From positions 1,472,001 to 1,536,000 of the forward strand of contig CAXXGO010000006.1 in NCBI GenBank assembly GCA_963666835.2: a stretch of DNA of 64,000 bases, read 5' to 3'. This document shows, in pieces, positions 41,413-50,955 of the stretch (position 1 is its first letter; every line of letters starts with the position of its first letter). The notes under the pieces are model-generated. The model had not been told where the DNA came from. It made no database searches and saw only the letters and a program-made list of their open reading frames with translations. A program made the translations under genes and the position numbers. This DNA is from Phycisphaerae bacterium. Its GTDB lineage: Bacteria > Planctomycetota > Phycisphaerae > UBA1845.

Positions 41413-41873
41413 CGCGACCGTCTTGGTCGAGCCAATTGGGAGTAAACCGACATCGAATTGCGGCAGGCTTGCTTGCGGCATCGTCAGCCACCCTTTCGGA
41501 TCTCGGCTTCCTCGCTACGCCGCCATCCCCGGGGCGATAACACTGAAGTCCATTGTACGCTTCCACCATTCCAAATGGAATCTTTTTCACCTACAATTAA
41601 TGCCGCGCCGCATACTCGCAAGCGAATATGTGGGCGATATCGCTACAGATGCCACCGGCGCACGAGAGTTGCGAGTGAAGCTGTCCGTGAGGCCGCTGAT
41701 TCGAAAGGGAAGTTGGGGGCGACGCCGTCAAACGTGCCGAGAAACGCCACGCAGTAAGAGTGACATAATCACGGCACATTCCGGTTCCGAATCCCGGCAT
41801 TGACTGACCGCCGCACGGCCGGTTCTAACCAACGGAGGCGGTTTTTGACTCTGCCCGCCCCCACCCCCGGGGC

Positions 41874-42989
41874 TCAGAAAGTGAAGTAAGCGTGATAGTG
41901 GTCGCGGATGGCCAGGTCGACGTTGAAGATCGAGGCGATCAGCGCCGCGCGCATCCACATTCCGTTACGAACCTGATCCCAGTACTTCGCCTGGGGGGCG
42001 GAATCCAGCCGCTGGTCGATCTCATGCCGCCGCGGCAAAGGGTGCAGGATGGCCAGGTCCGGCTTGAACTCCTTGGCCAGCTCCGGTGTGAGGGCGAAGC
42101 TGTTGTAGTCGATCAACTTAGACTCGCCGTCGACGTCGTGCTCGTCCTGCAGGCGGGTCATATACACGGCGTCGAGATCCCCGATATGGCGCCGAAGATC
42201 GCCGGCTATTTCATACTCGACATTGTGCCGCTTCACGTATTCCAGAATATCTTCGCCGATCTGCAGCTCCGGCGGCGAGACGAAGAGCAGCCGCACTCCG
42301 GGATAGCGGCACAGCAAATAGGTCAACGACCTCACGGTCCGCCCCCGCTGAAGATCACCCACGAAGGCGATCGCCTTGCCCTCGAACAGATTCTGCATGT
42401 AGCGCTGCTCGATCGCTTTTTCGCCCTCGCCGGCGAAGCAGCGCGACAGAGTATAAATATCCAAAAGCGCCTGCGTCGGGTGCTGATCCCGCCCGGAGCC
42501 GCCGTTTATTACGGGAATGGTCCGGGGCATATCGTTCAGGATATGCGCCACATGCTCGGCGAACCCCTCGGCCGGGTGCCGCATGATGATCAGATCGAAA
42601 TACTGGCTCAAGACGCGGATCGTATCGTCTTCCGACTCGCCCTTGACTTCGGACGAAGTCGAACGATCACGCACCTCGTTGTACGGCATCCCGACAATCT
42701 GACAGGCCGCCGTGAAGGACAGGAAGGTACGCGTCGACGGTTGGATGAAGTACAACATCGCCCGCCGGTGGCTCAGCAGCGACAACAAATACTGCGTACC
42801 CTGCCGTGTTCCGCTGACCGTGCGGATCATATCCGCCAACTGACAAAGCCGCTCGATCGCCGTCCGGTCAAACTGCTGCGCCAGAACGACGTGAAAGGCC
42901 TTGTCGTTCCGGTTCAATTCTGCGAGGCGTTGCCCTCGATCAGCGTCCTGCGGCTTCGCGACACCCGTAGTCATCTTGCGCACCTTCAT
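41874..42989 (-). CDS. pyrB: Aspartate carbamoyltransferase catalytic subunit
   Basis: PSTRTFLSF, KGES, HPTQALLD, MTRLQ, HPLPR. Confidence 0.92.
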   Translation of the reverse strand: MKVRKMTTGVAKPQDADRGQRLAELNRNDKAFHVVLAQQFDRTAIERLCQLADMIRTVSGTRQGTQYLLSLLSHRRAMLYFIQPSTRTFLSFTAACQIVGMPYNEVRDRSTSSEVKGESEDDTIRVLSQYFDLIIMRHPAEGFAEHVAHILNDMPRTIPVINGGSGRDQHPTQALLDIYTLSRCFAGEGEKAIEQRYMQNLFEGKAIAFVGDLQRGRTVRSLTYLLCRYPGVRLLFVSPPELQIGEDILEYVKRHNVEYEIAGDLRRHIGDLDAVYMTRLQDEHDVDGESKLIDYNSFALTPELAKEFKPDLAILHPLPRRHEIDQRLDSAPQAKYWDQVRNGMWMRAALIASIFNVDLAIRDHYHAYFTF

Positions 42990-43041
42990 CCTGAGACGTA
43001 CCTCAATCTCCGGTCTCGTTCAGACCACCCTTCGAGACTGC

Positions 43042-43833
43042 TCAGTTTTGCTCAAGCAGTCCCTCAGTAGAATCGACCGGAGCGGGTGTGTCAAACTCCC
43101 CACCCAATCCCAGGGTGCGCTCATTCGGATCGGGGAGGATCACGGCTCGGTGGATACACGTGCCTTCGCTCATCGCCGCCTCGACGTGGGAATGATGGCG
43201 GCAGATCGTGCGGGGGGGCAAAACGGGGCCGACGTTGTGCTCCGAATCGGCCACGAACTCGTCCTCGGAGGAGGATTCATCGACTACAGTCTCCACTTCC
43301 CACGGGTAAACATCGTCCGAAAGCGGATCAACGCCGTCGGCGGACGGATCAAACCACACGTCCGCCGACTGCGCAGACGCCGGCAGCTCCGCCGGTTCGC
43401 CAGGGCCGACCCGCTGCGACGCCCAGAACAGCCCTACGGCAAAGAGGATCACCGCGGCCGCAGCCTTCGGCCAGAACAGCCGCACGGCCGCCCCCGGGCT
43501 CTCGACCACACGCGGCTCTTCCAAATCGGGAACTTCCACCCGACCCGTTAGCACCGCTCCGCTCTTCAGGGCGGCCAGCGCCTGCTCTTCAGCCCGACGC
43601 TGAAGGTCCTCCAGCGGCTCCAGCCCGGCCAGCCCCTCGATGGCCCCGGTAACCGCCTGGATCTGCTCAGCCAGGGCTCGGCAGGACTCACAATGTGCTA
43701 AATGAGACGCCAAACCCAGCGGCAACGGTTCATCGCCGGATGTCAGCTCGTCGTCGGACAACGTCAACATAACCCAAAGCCGCTTCGGGCAGATGCTGCT
43801 ATCAGCGGGCGTATTCAGTTCTGTATTACTCAT
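43042..43833 (-). CDS. Zinc-binding (ZAS) transmembrane anti-sigma factor
   Basis: HLAHCESC (HxxxCxxC), single TM helix, ATGA overlap with the ECF sigma gene. Confidence 0.8.
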   Translation of the reverse strand: MSNTELNTPADSSICPKRLWVMLTLSDDELTSGDEPLPLGLASHLAHCESCRALAEQIQAVTGAIEGLAGLEPLEDLQRRAEEQALAALKSGAVLTGRVEVPDLEEPRVVESPGAAVRLFWPKAAAAVILFAVGLFWASQRVGPGEPAELPASAQSADVWFDPSADGVDPLSDDVYPWEVETVVDESSSEDEFVADSEHNVGPVLPPRTICRHHSHVEAAMSEGTCIHRAVILPDPNERTLGLGGEFDTPAPVDSTEGLLEQN

Positions 43834-44483
43834 GACTCGCTTCCCTCACCGAGGAGTTCTGCCAGTTTGACGACCGCATGGCGCCGATACACCCGGGCCG
43901 TGGCCGGGGCAATGCCGAGGGTTATGCCGACCTCCTCGTATGTCATCTTGCTCAAGTCACGCAGGATGACCACATTTCGAAGGTGGTTCGGCAGCTCCGA
44001 CAGCGCGGCACGAAGGTCAACCTGGTTCTCGGACTCCTCAGTCTGTGGGACGTTCCTCGCATCCTCTCGGTCCTGATCGGCCACAATCGCCGGCCAGTGT
44101 GCTCGACGCCGGTTCCGCTTGCGGATCATCTCGACCGCGATGTTCGCGGCCGTGCGAAACGCGTAGGCCTTCTCACATTTCACATCCCCGCGGTTCGCTC
44201 GAGTAGCAAGCTTGCAGAAGCAGTCCTGATATGCGTCCTGCACGTCCGGTTCGCTCCCGAGCAATCGCCACAGCATCCGGGTTATTGCGGGGCCTTCGAC
44301 CTTCATGAGCCGGACCACCCACGTGTGATCTACCCCTTTCGGCACCGCCTCGGCGCGCGGAGCAACCGCCTCATTCACTACCCCCGGAATAGCGCTGGCC
44401 ACACTGCTCACCGACGGATTAGATGCGCGAGGTGATTCCGTGTTAGCGCGGCCTGGCTGATTCGGTTCCGATCTTCGGGGCAT
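43830..44483 (-). CDS. ECF RNA polymerase sigma factor
   Basis: Region 2 'DVQDAYQDCF..AFRTAAN', region 4 'LSELP..LR.V.ILR...TYEEVG..LGI'; start uncertain. Confidence 0.88.
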   Translation of the reverse strand: MPRRSEPNQPGRANTESPRASNPSVSSVASAIPGVVNEAVAPRAEAVPKGVDHTWVVRLMKVEGPAITRMLWRLLGSEPDVQDAYQDCFCKLATRANRGDVKCEKAYAFRTAANIAVEMIRKRNRRRAHWPAIVADQDREDARNVPQTEESENQVDLRAALSELPNHLRNVVILRDLSKMTYEEVGITLGIAPATARVYRRHAVVKLAELLGEGSES

Positions 44484-45016
44484 GAAACAAGGGCTCCGCA
44501 AGAGCAGCTATCCAGCGACGCGGCCTACCCGACAACAAATGGTAGGCACACTGATGTGAATCGTCACGGGGTCTCCGTGATTTAGGGCGGCGTATGTCGC
44601 GGCGGGGCGGGATCGTTGCGGTAAGGCGGGTCCGTTACGCTGGCGGGTCCGGTAACGTCCGAGCCCGTAACGCAGGCATCCTGCCTGCCAAGTGCTACGC
44701 AACAGGTCCGCTGTGCGGACCATCGCCCTCACCGATCTACGGACTGCGTTCCGTCGGAGTACGCCAACGGCATTTCGTCCTCCAGCCCAGGGTCTCCGCG
44801 CAGCGGCTACCCTGGGTCCACGGTCAAGAGAGGAACTTACCCAGACGGGGTTACGCTGTGGTGGCGAGACCCACGAAGTAGGTAGCGCCCGCTGTGCGGA
44901 CCATCGTCCTCTGAACGTCCGGCCGCGAATGCGGTCCGCTCAACCGGCAGGGCAACGACCTGCCTTCACGGTGAGGCGTCGACCCCAGGCAGGTCGTTGA
45001 CCTGGTCTACGAGGCT

Positions 45017-45937
45017 TCAACGGTTCCCGCTCTTCTTCGCCGTCATTCCGTCGAAGACCAAGCCGACCCACGTATCGGCATCGAGCCAGCTTTGACCCCA
45101 GCGGTCATCGAACTCCTTCGTGGGCTTCTCCGCGATGATCTCGGCGCGTGACTTGCCCTGGTCGATCAACGCTCGGACGCGGTCCCGCACCGTCGCCAAC
45201 ATGTCACGATAGGTCTTAAGTTCCACGCTGTTCAACAGCCGGCCATGGCCGGGGATCACCGTGGTTTTGTCATCTGTCAGCGTCAAGGCGCGATCCAGCG
45301 CGGCCACCATCCCATCCAACGAGCCCGCCGCGTTGACGTCCATGAACGGGTACATGCCGTTAAAGCAAGTATCGCCCACGTGCAGGACGTTAGCCGTGCG
45401 AAAGAAGACGAGACAGTCACCGTCGCTATGGGCCGGCTCGATCGGAAAGACGTCCACCTTTTCGCCATTCCAATGGAAGGTCAATGGGCTATCGAACGTA
45501 ATCACCGGCAACGCGGCGGCCGGGGAAGGCTCCATCTCACGGTCGATCACGGCAATGAAGCGCTTCTCGGTCATCAGCTTCCGGGTGCTTTTGTGGGCCA
45601 CAATGACCGCCCCGGTTTTGGCCAGGTGCTCGTTGCCCCCGACGTGGTCGAAGTGCCAATGCGTATTGATGACCATGCGGACCGGATTCTTGCTGACCTC
45701 GCCGACTGCCTCCGTGATCTTCTCGGCAAGCTGCTCGAACCCGGTATCGACCATTAGCGCTCCATCTTCGCCGACCAGCAAGGCGATGTTCCCCCCGCCG
45801 CCTGCCAGCACGTAAAGGTTCTCGGCCAGCGGCACGGTGTGAATCCGAACCTTCGACCAGTCCTGCGCTTGTAGTGGTGACGTTAACGAGACACTAAGAA
45901 GTAGAACCAAGCCCGCATGCCAACGTGTTGTCTTCAT
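45017..45937 (-). CDS. Secreted MBL-fold metallo-hydrolase (cyclase-like)
   Basis: Signal peptide; THWHFDHVGGN, AHSDGD, IPGHG. Confidence 0.92.
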   Translation of the reverse strand: MKTTRWHAGLVLLLSVSLTSPLQAQDWSKVRIHTVPLAENLYVLAGGGGNIALLVGEDGALMVDTGFEQLAEKITEAVGEVSKNPVRMVINTHWHFDHVGGNEHLAKTGAVIVAHKSTRKLMTEKRFIAVIDREMEPSPAAALPVITFDSPLTFHWNGEKVDVFPIEPAHSDGDCLVFFRTANVLHVGDTCFNGMYPFMDVNAAGSLDGMVAALDRALTLTDDKTTVIPGHGRLLNSVELKTYRDMLATVRDRVRALIDQGKSRAEIIAEKPTKEFDDRWGQSWLDADTWVGLVFDGMTAKKSGNR

Positions 45938-46081
45938 CGAATCACCCTTCCGCTCAACAAGCCGTGCGCCCCACCACTCCCACGCGGGGGATGTCACCGC
46001 AAGCGTGGTATTCTAGACTTCTTTCCAACGTCGCGCAAGCGACTTGACAACACCGTACAAAACGGCCGGGAACAACCGCGA

Positions 46082-46246
46082 TAATCGGGGGACACTCGCG
46101 CGGGTGGCCCATCCAATCGGTAATCGGGGGACACCATACATGAATGGTAATCGGGGGACACCATACGTATTTCTGTTGGCGTGCCGACGGGTAGGGCGCA
46201 GGCATGCTACGAATAGCGCGGGTTGTTGCCCTTGGTCTTCTGGATC
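46082..46246 (+). mobile_element. Degenerate RAYT-element end: three AATCGGGGGACAC repeats plus a ~14-codon remnant of the transposase start
   Basis: 46149-46246 aligns with the reverse complement of 48960-49063; MLRIARVVALGL vs MPRIARVVAPGL. Confidence 0.8.
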
Positions 46247-46399
46247 GCGATTACCGGACGATAGTTCTTCAATGGATAATCTGCTACAATGACAGCATAT
46301 GGCAGATGCGCTTTGAATCGATGTTGACGACCTGGACGGTTCGCTCCGCCGGAGCGGCCACCGAAGCGTGTTGCCCCGTCGTATCTGGAGGACTATCAC

Positions 46400-48169
46400 A
46401 TGCCCCCGACAACGCCGTACGCTTCGCGCACGTTCGCCATCGCTGTCATGACGATTGCTCTGTCAACGTGCCTGGCTCAATCGTCGCCTGCCTCGACGCC
46501 CACTTCGGGTTCGGACCGCACGTCCTGCTATGGCGACCTTGACGATAATGGACTGGTCGACCTGGACGATTTCGCGTCGCTGCTCAACTGCGTCGCAGCG
46601 GGGCAGCCCTTGCCCTCTGCCTGTACGCAGGCTGATACCGACAGCGACGGTGACGTGGACCTGCTAGACTTCGCACGGCTCCAAACAGCCTTCACCGGTT
46701 GCCGTTCGTGCGGCGCTTGCAGGGATTCCGTCAGCGTGACCCCAGGGGCAACCGAGTTGGACTACTGGCGCATAGTCACGCCGAACGCAGTGGCACGCGG
46801 GGCTGTGTGCAACGACGGATGCCCGTACGTGTACTACGTTCGACCAGGTCGCAACGGCAACGAAAACAAATGGGTGTTCTTCCTGAAAGGCGGTGGCGGC
46901 TGCGCCTCGCCGGAAAGCTGCGCCGTGCGCTGGCGCGCCCAGTCCCATTGGATGAGACCACGGACCCAAAACTGGCGGCCGCCGACAGAAGGCATCCTCA
47001 ACCCTGATACCACGCGCAATCCCGATTGGGGTGACTGGACGTTGGTCTACTTGCACTACTGCTCCTCAGACTTGTTCACCGGCGACCGGCCCGCCAGTTG
47101 CGAGACGGACGGCTGGCACTTCCGCGGGCACCGCATCATCCAAGCCGTTTTGGAGGACCTGCACAGCCCGCCGAACGGGCTCCCCAACCTCGGCGACGCT
47201 ACGGAGGCGATGTTTACCGGCGGGTCGGCCGGCGCCTATGGAGTGATCCACAACCTCGACTGGGTTGCCGCCCAGTTGGCACCCACTCCCGTCAAGGGTG
47301 TGGCGGATTCCGCTACGGCCGCCACCGTCGTCCCTGAACTCATCGAGCCCATGCGGCTCACGTCCCTGACGCAGAGCATCTTCTGGAACGCTCAGCTCGA
47401 CGAATCCTGCCTGGCCAGTGAGGCCGACCCCTTGGATTGCCTGGATACACAGAACGTCGTCCCGAATCACCTGTCGACACCCTGTTACGTCTATCAGGAT
47501 CAGTTCGATGCGAATGCGTTCACCATGCAGCAAATCCACGGCCTCTGCCTCGAAGAAGCGTGCAGCGATGCGGAGCCGTGCGCAGGGGACGATGAGTGCT
47601 TCCAGAACATCTGCATGGGCCCGACCTGCGATGTCGACACACCGTGCCCCGTTGGCTACTGCAACGAGGCCGGCCTGTGCTTCGGGCGTGAATGTGTGGA
47701 AGACGGACAGTGCGCGTCCGAAAGCGTGTGCGACCAAGGCTTCTGCGCAGATCCCTTACCCTTGTGCGAGTCGGACGTAGACTGCCTGTCGGACGAGTTC
47801 TGTTTGAACTCGGTCTGCGCACGCAGCGTTGACTGCCTCACCGATGGCGGTTGCCGCCAGAGTGAGACGTGTATTGCCGATATGGCCGTCTGTGTGCGAC
47901 GTCCCGGCTGCGACACGTCCGCCGCGTGCGACACTGGGGAATTCTGCCTGAACCAGATGTTCACGCCCTACGGCCAGGCATTTGCTGCAGACGTGCGCGC
48001 GTTCATGCAGTCGCTCCCGCACGGCTACTGCACGCGTTGGGGATCCCACGTGTTGTTGCCTAAACCCCGCTTCTTTGACGGTCACGTTCAGGGCATCAAC
48101 TACGCGAATCTCCTCGCCAACTGGTACTTCGAGCGCCCAGGCCGAACGCACGTAATCGATCTGCCATAG
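46400..48169 (+). CDS. Pectinacetylesterase/Notum-family hydrolase with N-terminal dockerin-like domain and Cys-rich insertion
   Basis: GGAGG SD; GDLDDNGLVDLDDF / DTDSDGDVDLLDF; FFLKGGGGC, YCSSDLFTG, GGSAG. Confidence 0.85.
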   Translation: MPPTTPYASRTFAIAVMTIALSTCLAQSSPASTPTSGSDRTSCYGDLDDNGLVDLDDFASLLNCVAAGQPLPSACTQADTDSDGDVDLLDFARLQTAFTGCRSCGACRDSVSVTPGATELDYWRIVTPNAVARGAVCNDGCPYVYYVRPGRNGNENKWVFFLKGGGGCASPESCAVRWRAQSHWMRPRTQNWRPPTEGILNPDTTRNPDWGDWTLVYLHYCSSDLFTGDRPASCETDGWHFRGHRIIQAVLEDLHSPPNGLPNLGDATEAMFTGGSAGAYGVIHNLDWVAAQLAPTPVKGVADSATAATVVPELIEPMRLTSLTQSIFWNAQLDESCLASEADPLDCLDTQNVVPNHLSTPCYVYQDQFDANAFTMQQIHGLCLEEACSDAEPCAGDDECFQNICMGPTCDVDTPCPVGYCNEAGLCFGRECVEDGQCASESVCDQGFCADPLPLCESDVDCLSDEFCLNSVCARSVDCLTDGGCRQSETCIADMAVCVRRPGCDTSAACDTGEFCLNQMFTPYGQAFAADVRAFMQSLPHGYCTRWGSHVLLPKPRFFDGHVQGINYANLLANWYFERPGRTHVIDLP

Positions 48170-48244
48170 AGAGCGTAGTAATCCCGGCGCGGCGTAATCC
48201 GGCGTAATCGCCCTAATCGGGCGCCCTCCCTAATCGACTAATCG

Positions 48245-48325
48245 TAATCGGGGGACACCATTAATCGGGGGACACCATACCTTAATCGGGGGACACCATA
48301 TTAATCGGGGGACACCATACCTATT
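48245..48325. repeat. Tandem TAATCGGGGGACACCAT repeats at the 3' end of the RAYT gene
   Basis: Copies at 48245, 48262, 48283, 48302; the last extends to a 23-bp inverted repeat overlapping the RAYT stop codon. Confidence 0.9.
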
Positions 48326-49001
48326 GCGACGTTTCAACGGGTGGCCTCTTTGGTTTGCGGCCGGGTTTGCGGGGGCGGAGGGGGCGGCCCAGGCGTTTCT
48401 CGAGCTTTGCCAGGAACGAGTCGTTTCCGAGCGGGCGGCCGGTGCGCTCGTGCATCTGAAGCCGCTCGATTGTCTGGCCGTCTTGCGATTGCGACAGAAA
48501 CCGACGCCACGGACCGACTAGTGACAGAAGCGGCTCCACCCGAACGAGGCGATCGTCGCGCTTCTTCAAGTGGGCGCTCGCACTGCTCCAGCGGTAGGTC
48601 TGCGGCGTCGCCACCAGGCCGGCCTTGACCGGGTTCATCTCGACATACCGAGCCGCGGCCAGTAGATGCTGCTCGTCCAGAACGCACGACGAGAACCGCC
48701 CCTGCCAAAGATGGCCCCGCCATCGCTTGCGGAAGTTCACCCGGCGCGTGTATCGGCGATGTGCTTCGCCCAGCCCGCGCCGCAGCCCGTCTTCCGACTC
48801 CGGCACCACAATCAGATGAACATGGTTCGGCATCAGGCAGTAGGCCCAAACCTCCACCCCGCACGCCCGACACCACTCGGCCATCAGCTCGATGTAGGCC
48901 TCGTAGTCGCCATCCCCGAAGAACGTCCGCTGCCTGCGGTTCCCCCGCTGAGTCACATGATGCGGAAGACCAGGAGCAACAACCCGCGCGATTCGAGGCA
49001 T
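48321..49001 (-). mobile_element. REP-associated tyrosine (HUH/Y1) transposase, RAYT family
   Basis: MPRIAR...HHVTQRGN, AYCLMPNHVHL (HUH), LWQGRF, YVEMNPVKAG, YRWSS. Confidence 0.93.
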
Positions 49002-49025
49002 GGCACGACCCTACACGCCGCCCGC

Positions 49026-49157
49026 CGGCACGTCAACAGTAATAGGTATGGTGTCCCCCGATTGCCCCCCCGATTGCCCGGCACGTCAACAGTAATAGGT
49101 ATGGTGTCCCCCGATTGCCCGCCCCGATTGCCCGCGGTGTCCCCCGATTGCCCGATT
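49026..49157. repeat. Inverted GGTGTCCCCCGATT repeats upstream of the RAYT gene
   Basis: AATAGGTATGGTGTCCCCCGATT at 49041-49063 and 49094-49116 is the exact reverse complement of 48303-48325; partial copy at 49136. Confidence 0.9.
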
Positions 49158-49166
49158 ACCTTCAAT

Positions 49167-49235
49167 AGCTTACACATAAATTCGGGTGTGGCAGTAGGTT
49201 ACGTTCTCGGCGTCCATCACGCTCATAACCCGGAG
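49167..49235 (+). repeat. 69-bp direct repeat, left copy
   Basis: 67/69 identical to 53760-53828. Confidence 0.92.
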
Positions 49236-49601
49236 CAGCCAGCGCCTTGGCGGTCGACGACGCTTGCATGTCTGGCCTGGACGCGTCGAGGACATGCTAC
49301 TAGAATGGGAGTGTTATGGAGGCGCGACGTTTGATGGCAAGACGACGAACATGACTCGATCTGACAGCCGCCCTGGTTCAGGGCGGACAAGGCTCTGGCA
49401 CTACTGTCGCTCCGTGCGTGCGCCGCGCGCACTGATCAGTCCGCGCCCGTTCACTTCGCTGGATGCTCTCGCCACAGATCGCAGAATCCGGCACACCTCT
49501 GCGCGTAATCGCCACGTTTCTGATCGCACGGACCTAGGTTCCGCAAGGCCTCGGCTGCAACAAAGCAACGGCGCGCCTGCGCCAAAAAGGAGTCTCCTGA
49601 C

Positions 49602-50720
49602 ATGAGCAAACGGAAGGACTATTTCGCGACGCTCGCCGGCATTATTGTTGTCGGCCTGGTGATTGGCGGCCTGGCGGCGATGCTACAAAGGATCGGTAAT
49701 CCTGCAAACATGGGCGTCTGTGTGGCGTGTTTCACGCGCGACATTGCCGGCGCGTTGGGTCTGCATCGCGCCGGGATCGTTCAATATCTGCGCCCGGAGA
49801 TCCCGGCCTTTTGCCTGGGCTCGTTTCTCGCCGCGATGGTCTTTCGTGAGTTCCGACCGCGCAACGGCTCGGCTCCGGTCATCCGGTTCTTCCTGGGCAT
49901 GTTCGCGATGATCGGCGCACTGATCTTTCTCGGCTGCCCCTGGCGGGCGATGTTGCGTTTGGCCGGTGGCGACTGGAACGCCATCCTCGGCATCGTAGGT
50001 CTGATCGTGGGGATTTCCATCGGCGTGGGCTTTCTGCGTGGTGGCTTTAACCTCGGGCGATCCTATCGGAGCCGCACGGTCGCCGGTCTGGCCATGCCCG
50101 CCGTGATGCTTGTGCTGCTGGTTCTGGCCTTTCTATATCCTCAGTTCGGTGAGGAAGGAAAGGCCGCGCTCTTCCGAAGCGCTAAAGGGCCCGGTGCGGC
50201 CAGCGCCGCTGTCGTCGTGTCAACCATCGCTGGTCTGGTCATCGGTTTTCTTGCCCAACGCACGCGATTCTGTACCGTCGGTGGCATTCGTGATGTCATC
50301 CTAATGCGCGACTTCCATTTGCTCAGCGGTGTGGCCGCCTTTCTAGTCGCTGCCTTTGTTATGAACCTAGTCTTCGGCCAGTTCCATGCAGGTTTCACGC
50401 GCGGCGTGAAGGACGCCGGGGAGATCCTGCAACAACCGGCTGCACACACGACGCATTGGCTCAATCTCGCCGGCATGCTGCTTGCCGGCCTCTCTTTTAC
50501 ACTCGCTGGCGGTTGCCCCGGACGGCAGATATTTCTTGCCGGGGAAGGCGATGGCGATGCTGCGGTGTTCGTGCTCGGCATGCTTACCGGTGCCGCGGTG
50601 GCGCACAACTTCATGATGGTCGCCGCGCAGCCGACCGCACCTTACATAGTCGTGATCGGTCTTGCCCTTGTGATGATCATTGGCTTCATGGGCCGCGAAC
50701 GATTGGCCCCCGCGAGGTGA
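49602..50720 (+). CDS. yedE: YedE family putative selenium transporter
   Basis: GNPANMGVCVACF, YLRPEI, GCPWR, QRTRFCTVGG, LAGGCPGRQ; AGGAG SD. Confidence 0.92.
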   Translation: MSKRKDYFATLAGIIVVGLVIGGLAAMLQRIGNPANMGVCVACFTRDIAGALGLHRAGIVQYLRPEIPAFCLGSFLAAMVFREFRPRNGSAPVIRFFLGMFAMIGALIFLGCPWRAMLRLAGGDWNAILGIVGLIVGISIGVGFLRGGFNLGRSYRSRTVAGLAMPAVMLVLLVLAFLYPQFGEEGKAALFRSAKGPGAASAAVVVSTIAGLVIGFLAQRTRFCTVGGIRDVILMRDFHLLSGVAAFLVAAFVMNLVFGQFHAGFTRGVKDAGEILQQPAAHTTHWLNLAGMLLAGLSFTLAGGCPGRQIFLAGEGDGDAAVFVLGMLTGAAVAHNFMMVAAQPTAPYIVVIGLALVMIIGFMGRERLAPAR

Positions 50721-50724
50721 TATT

Positions 50725-50937
50725 ATGCCTGAGAAAGTCGACGCCCGCGGACTTTCCTGTCCGCAACCTGTCATAATGACCCGCACCGCGCTCGAGAAGG
50801 TGGGCAGAGGTGAAGTCTCTGTCGTAGTGGACACGATGACACAGGTCCACAACTGCACGCGCGCTGCCGAGAAACTCGGCTGGCAGGCGAGCTACGAGGA
50901 ACAAGAGGACGTCTTCATACTAACGTTCAAGAGGTAA
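50725..50937 (+). CDS. yedF: TusA/SirA/YedF family sulfur/selenium carrier
   Basis: VDARGLSCPQPVI motif; 70 aa; operonic context. Confidence 0.88.
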   Translation: MPEKVDARGLSCPQPVIMTRTALEKVGRGEVSVVVDTMTQVHNCTRAAEKLGWQASYEEQEDVFILTFKR

Positions 50938-50955
50938 CTGCTGGGCGCGCCTGCT

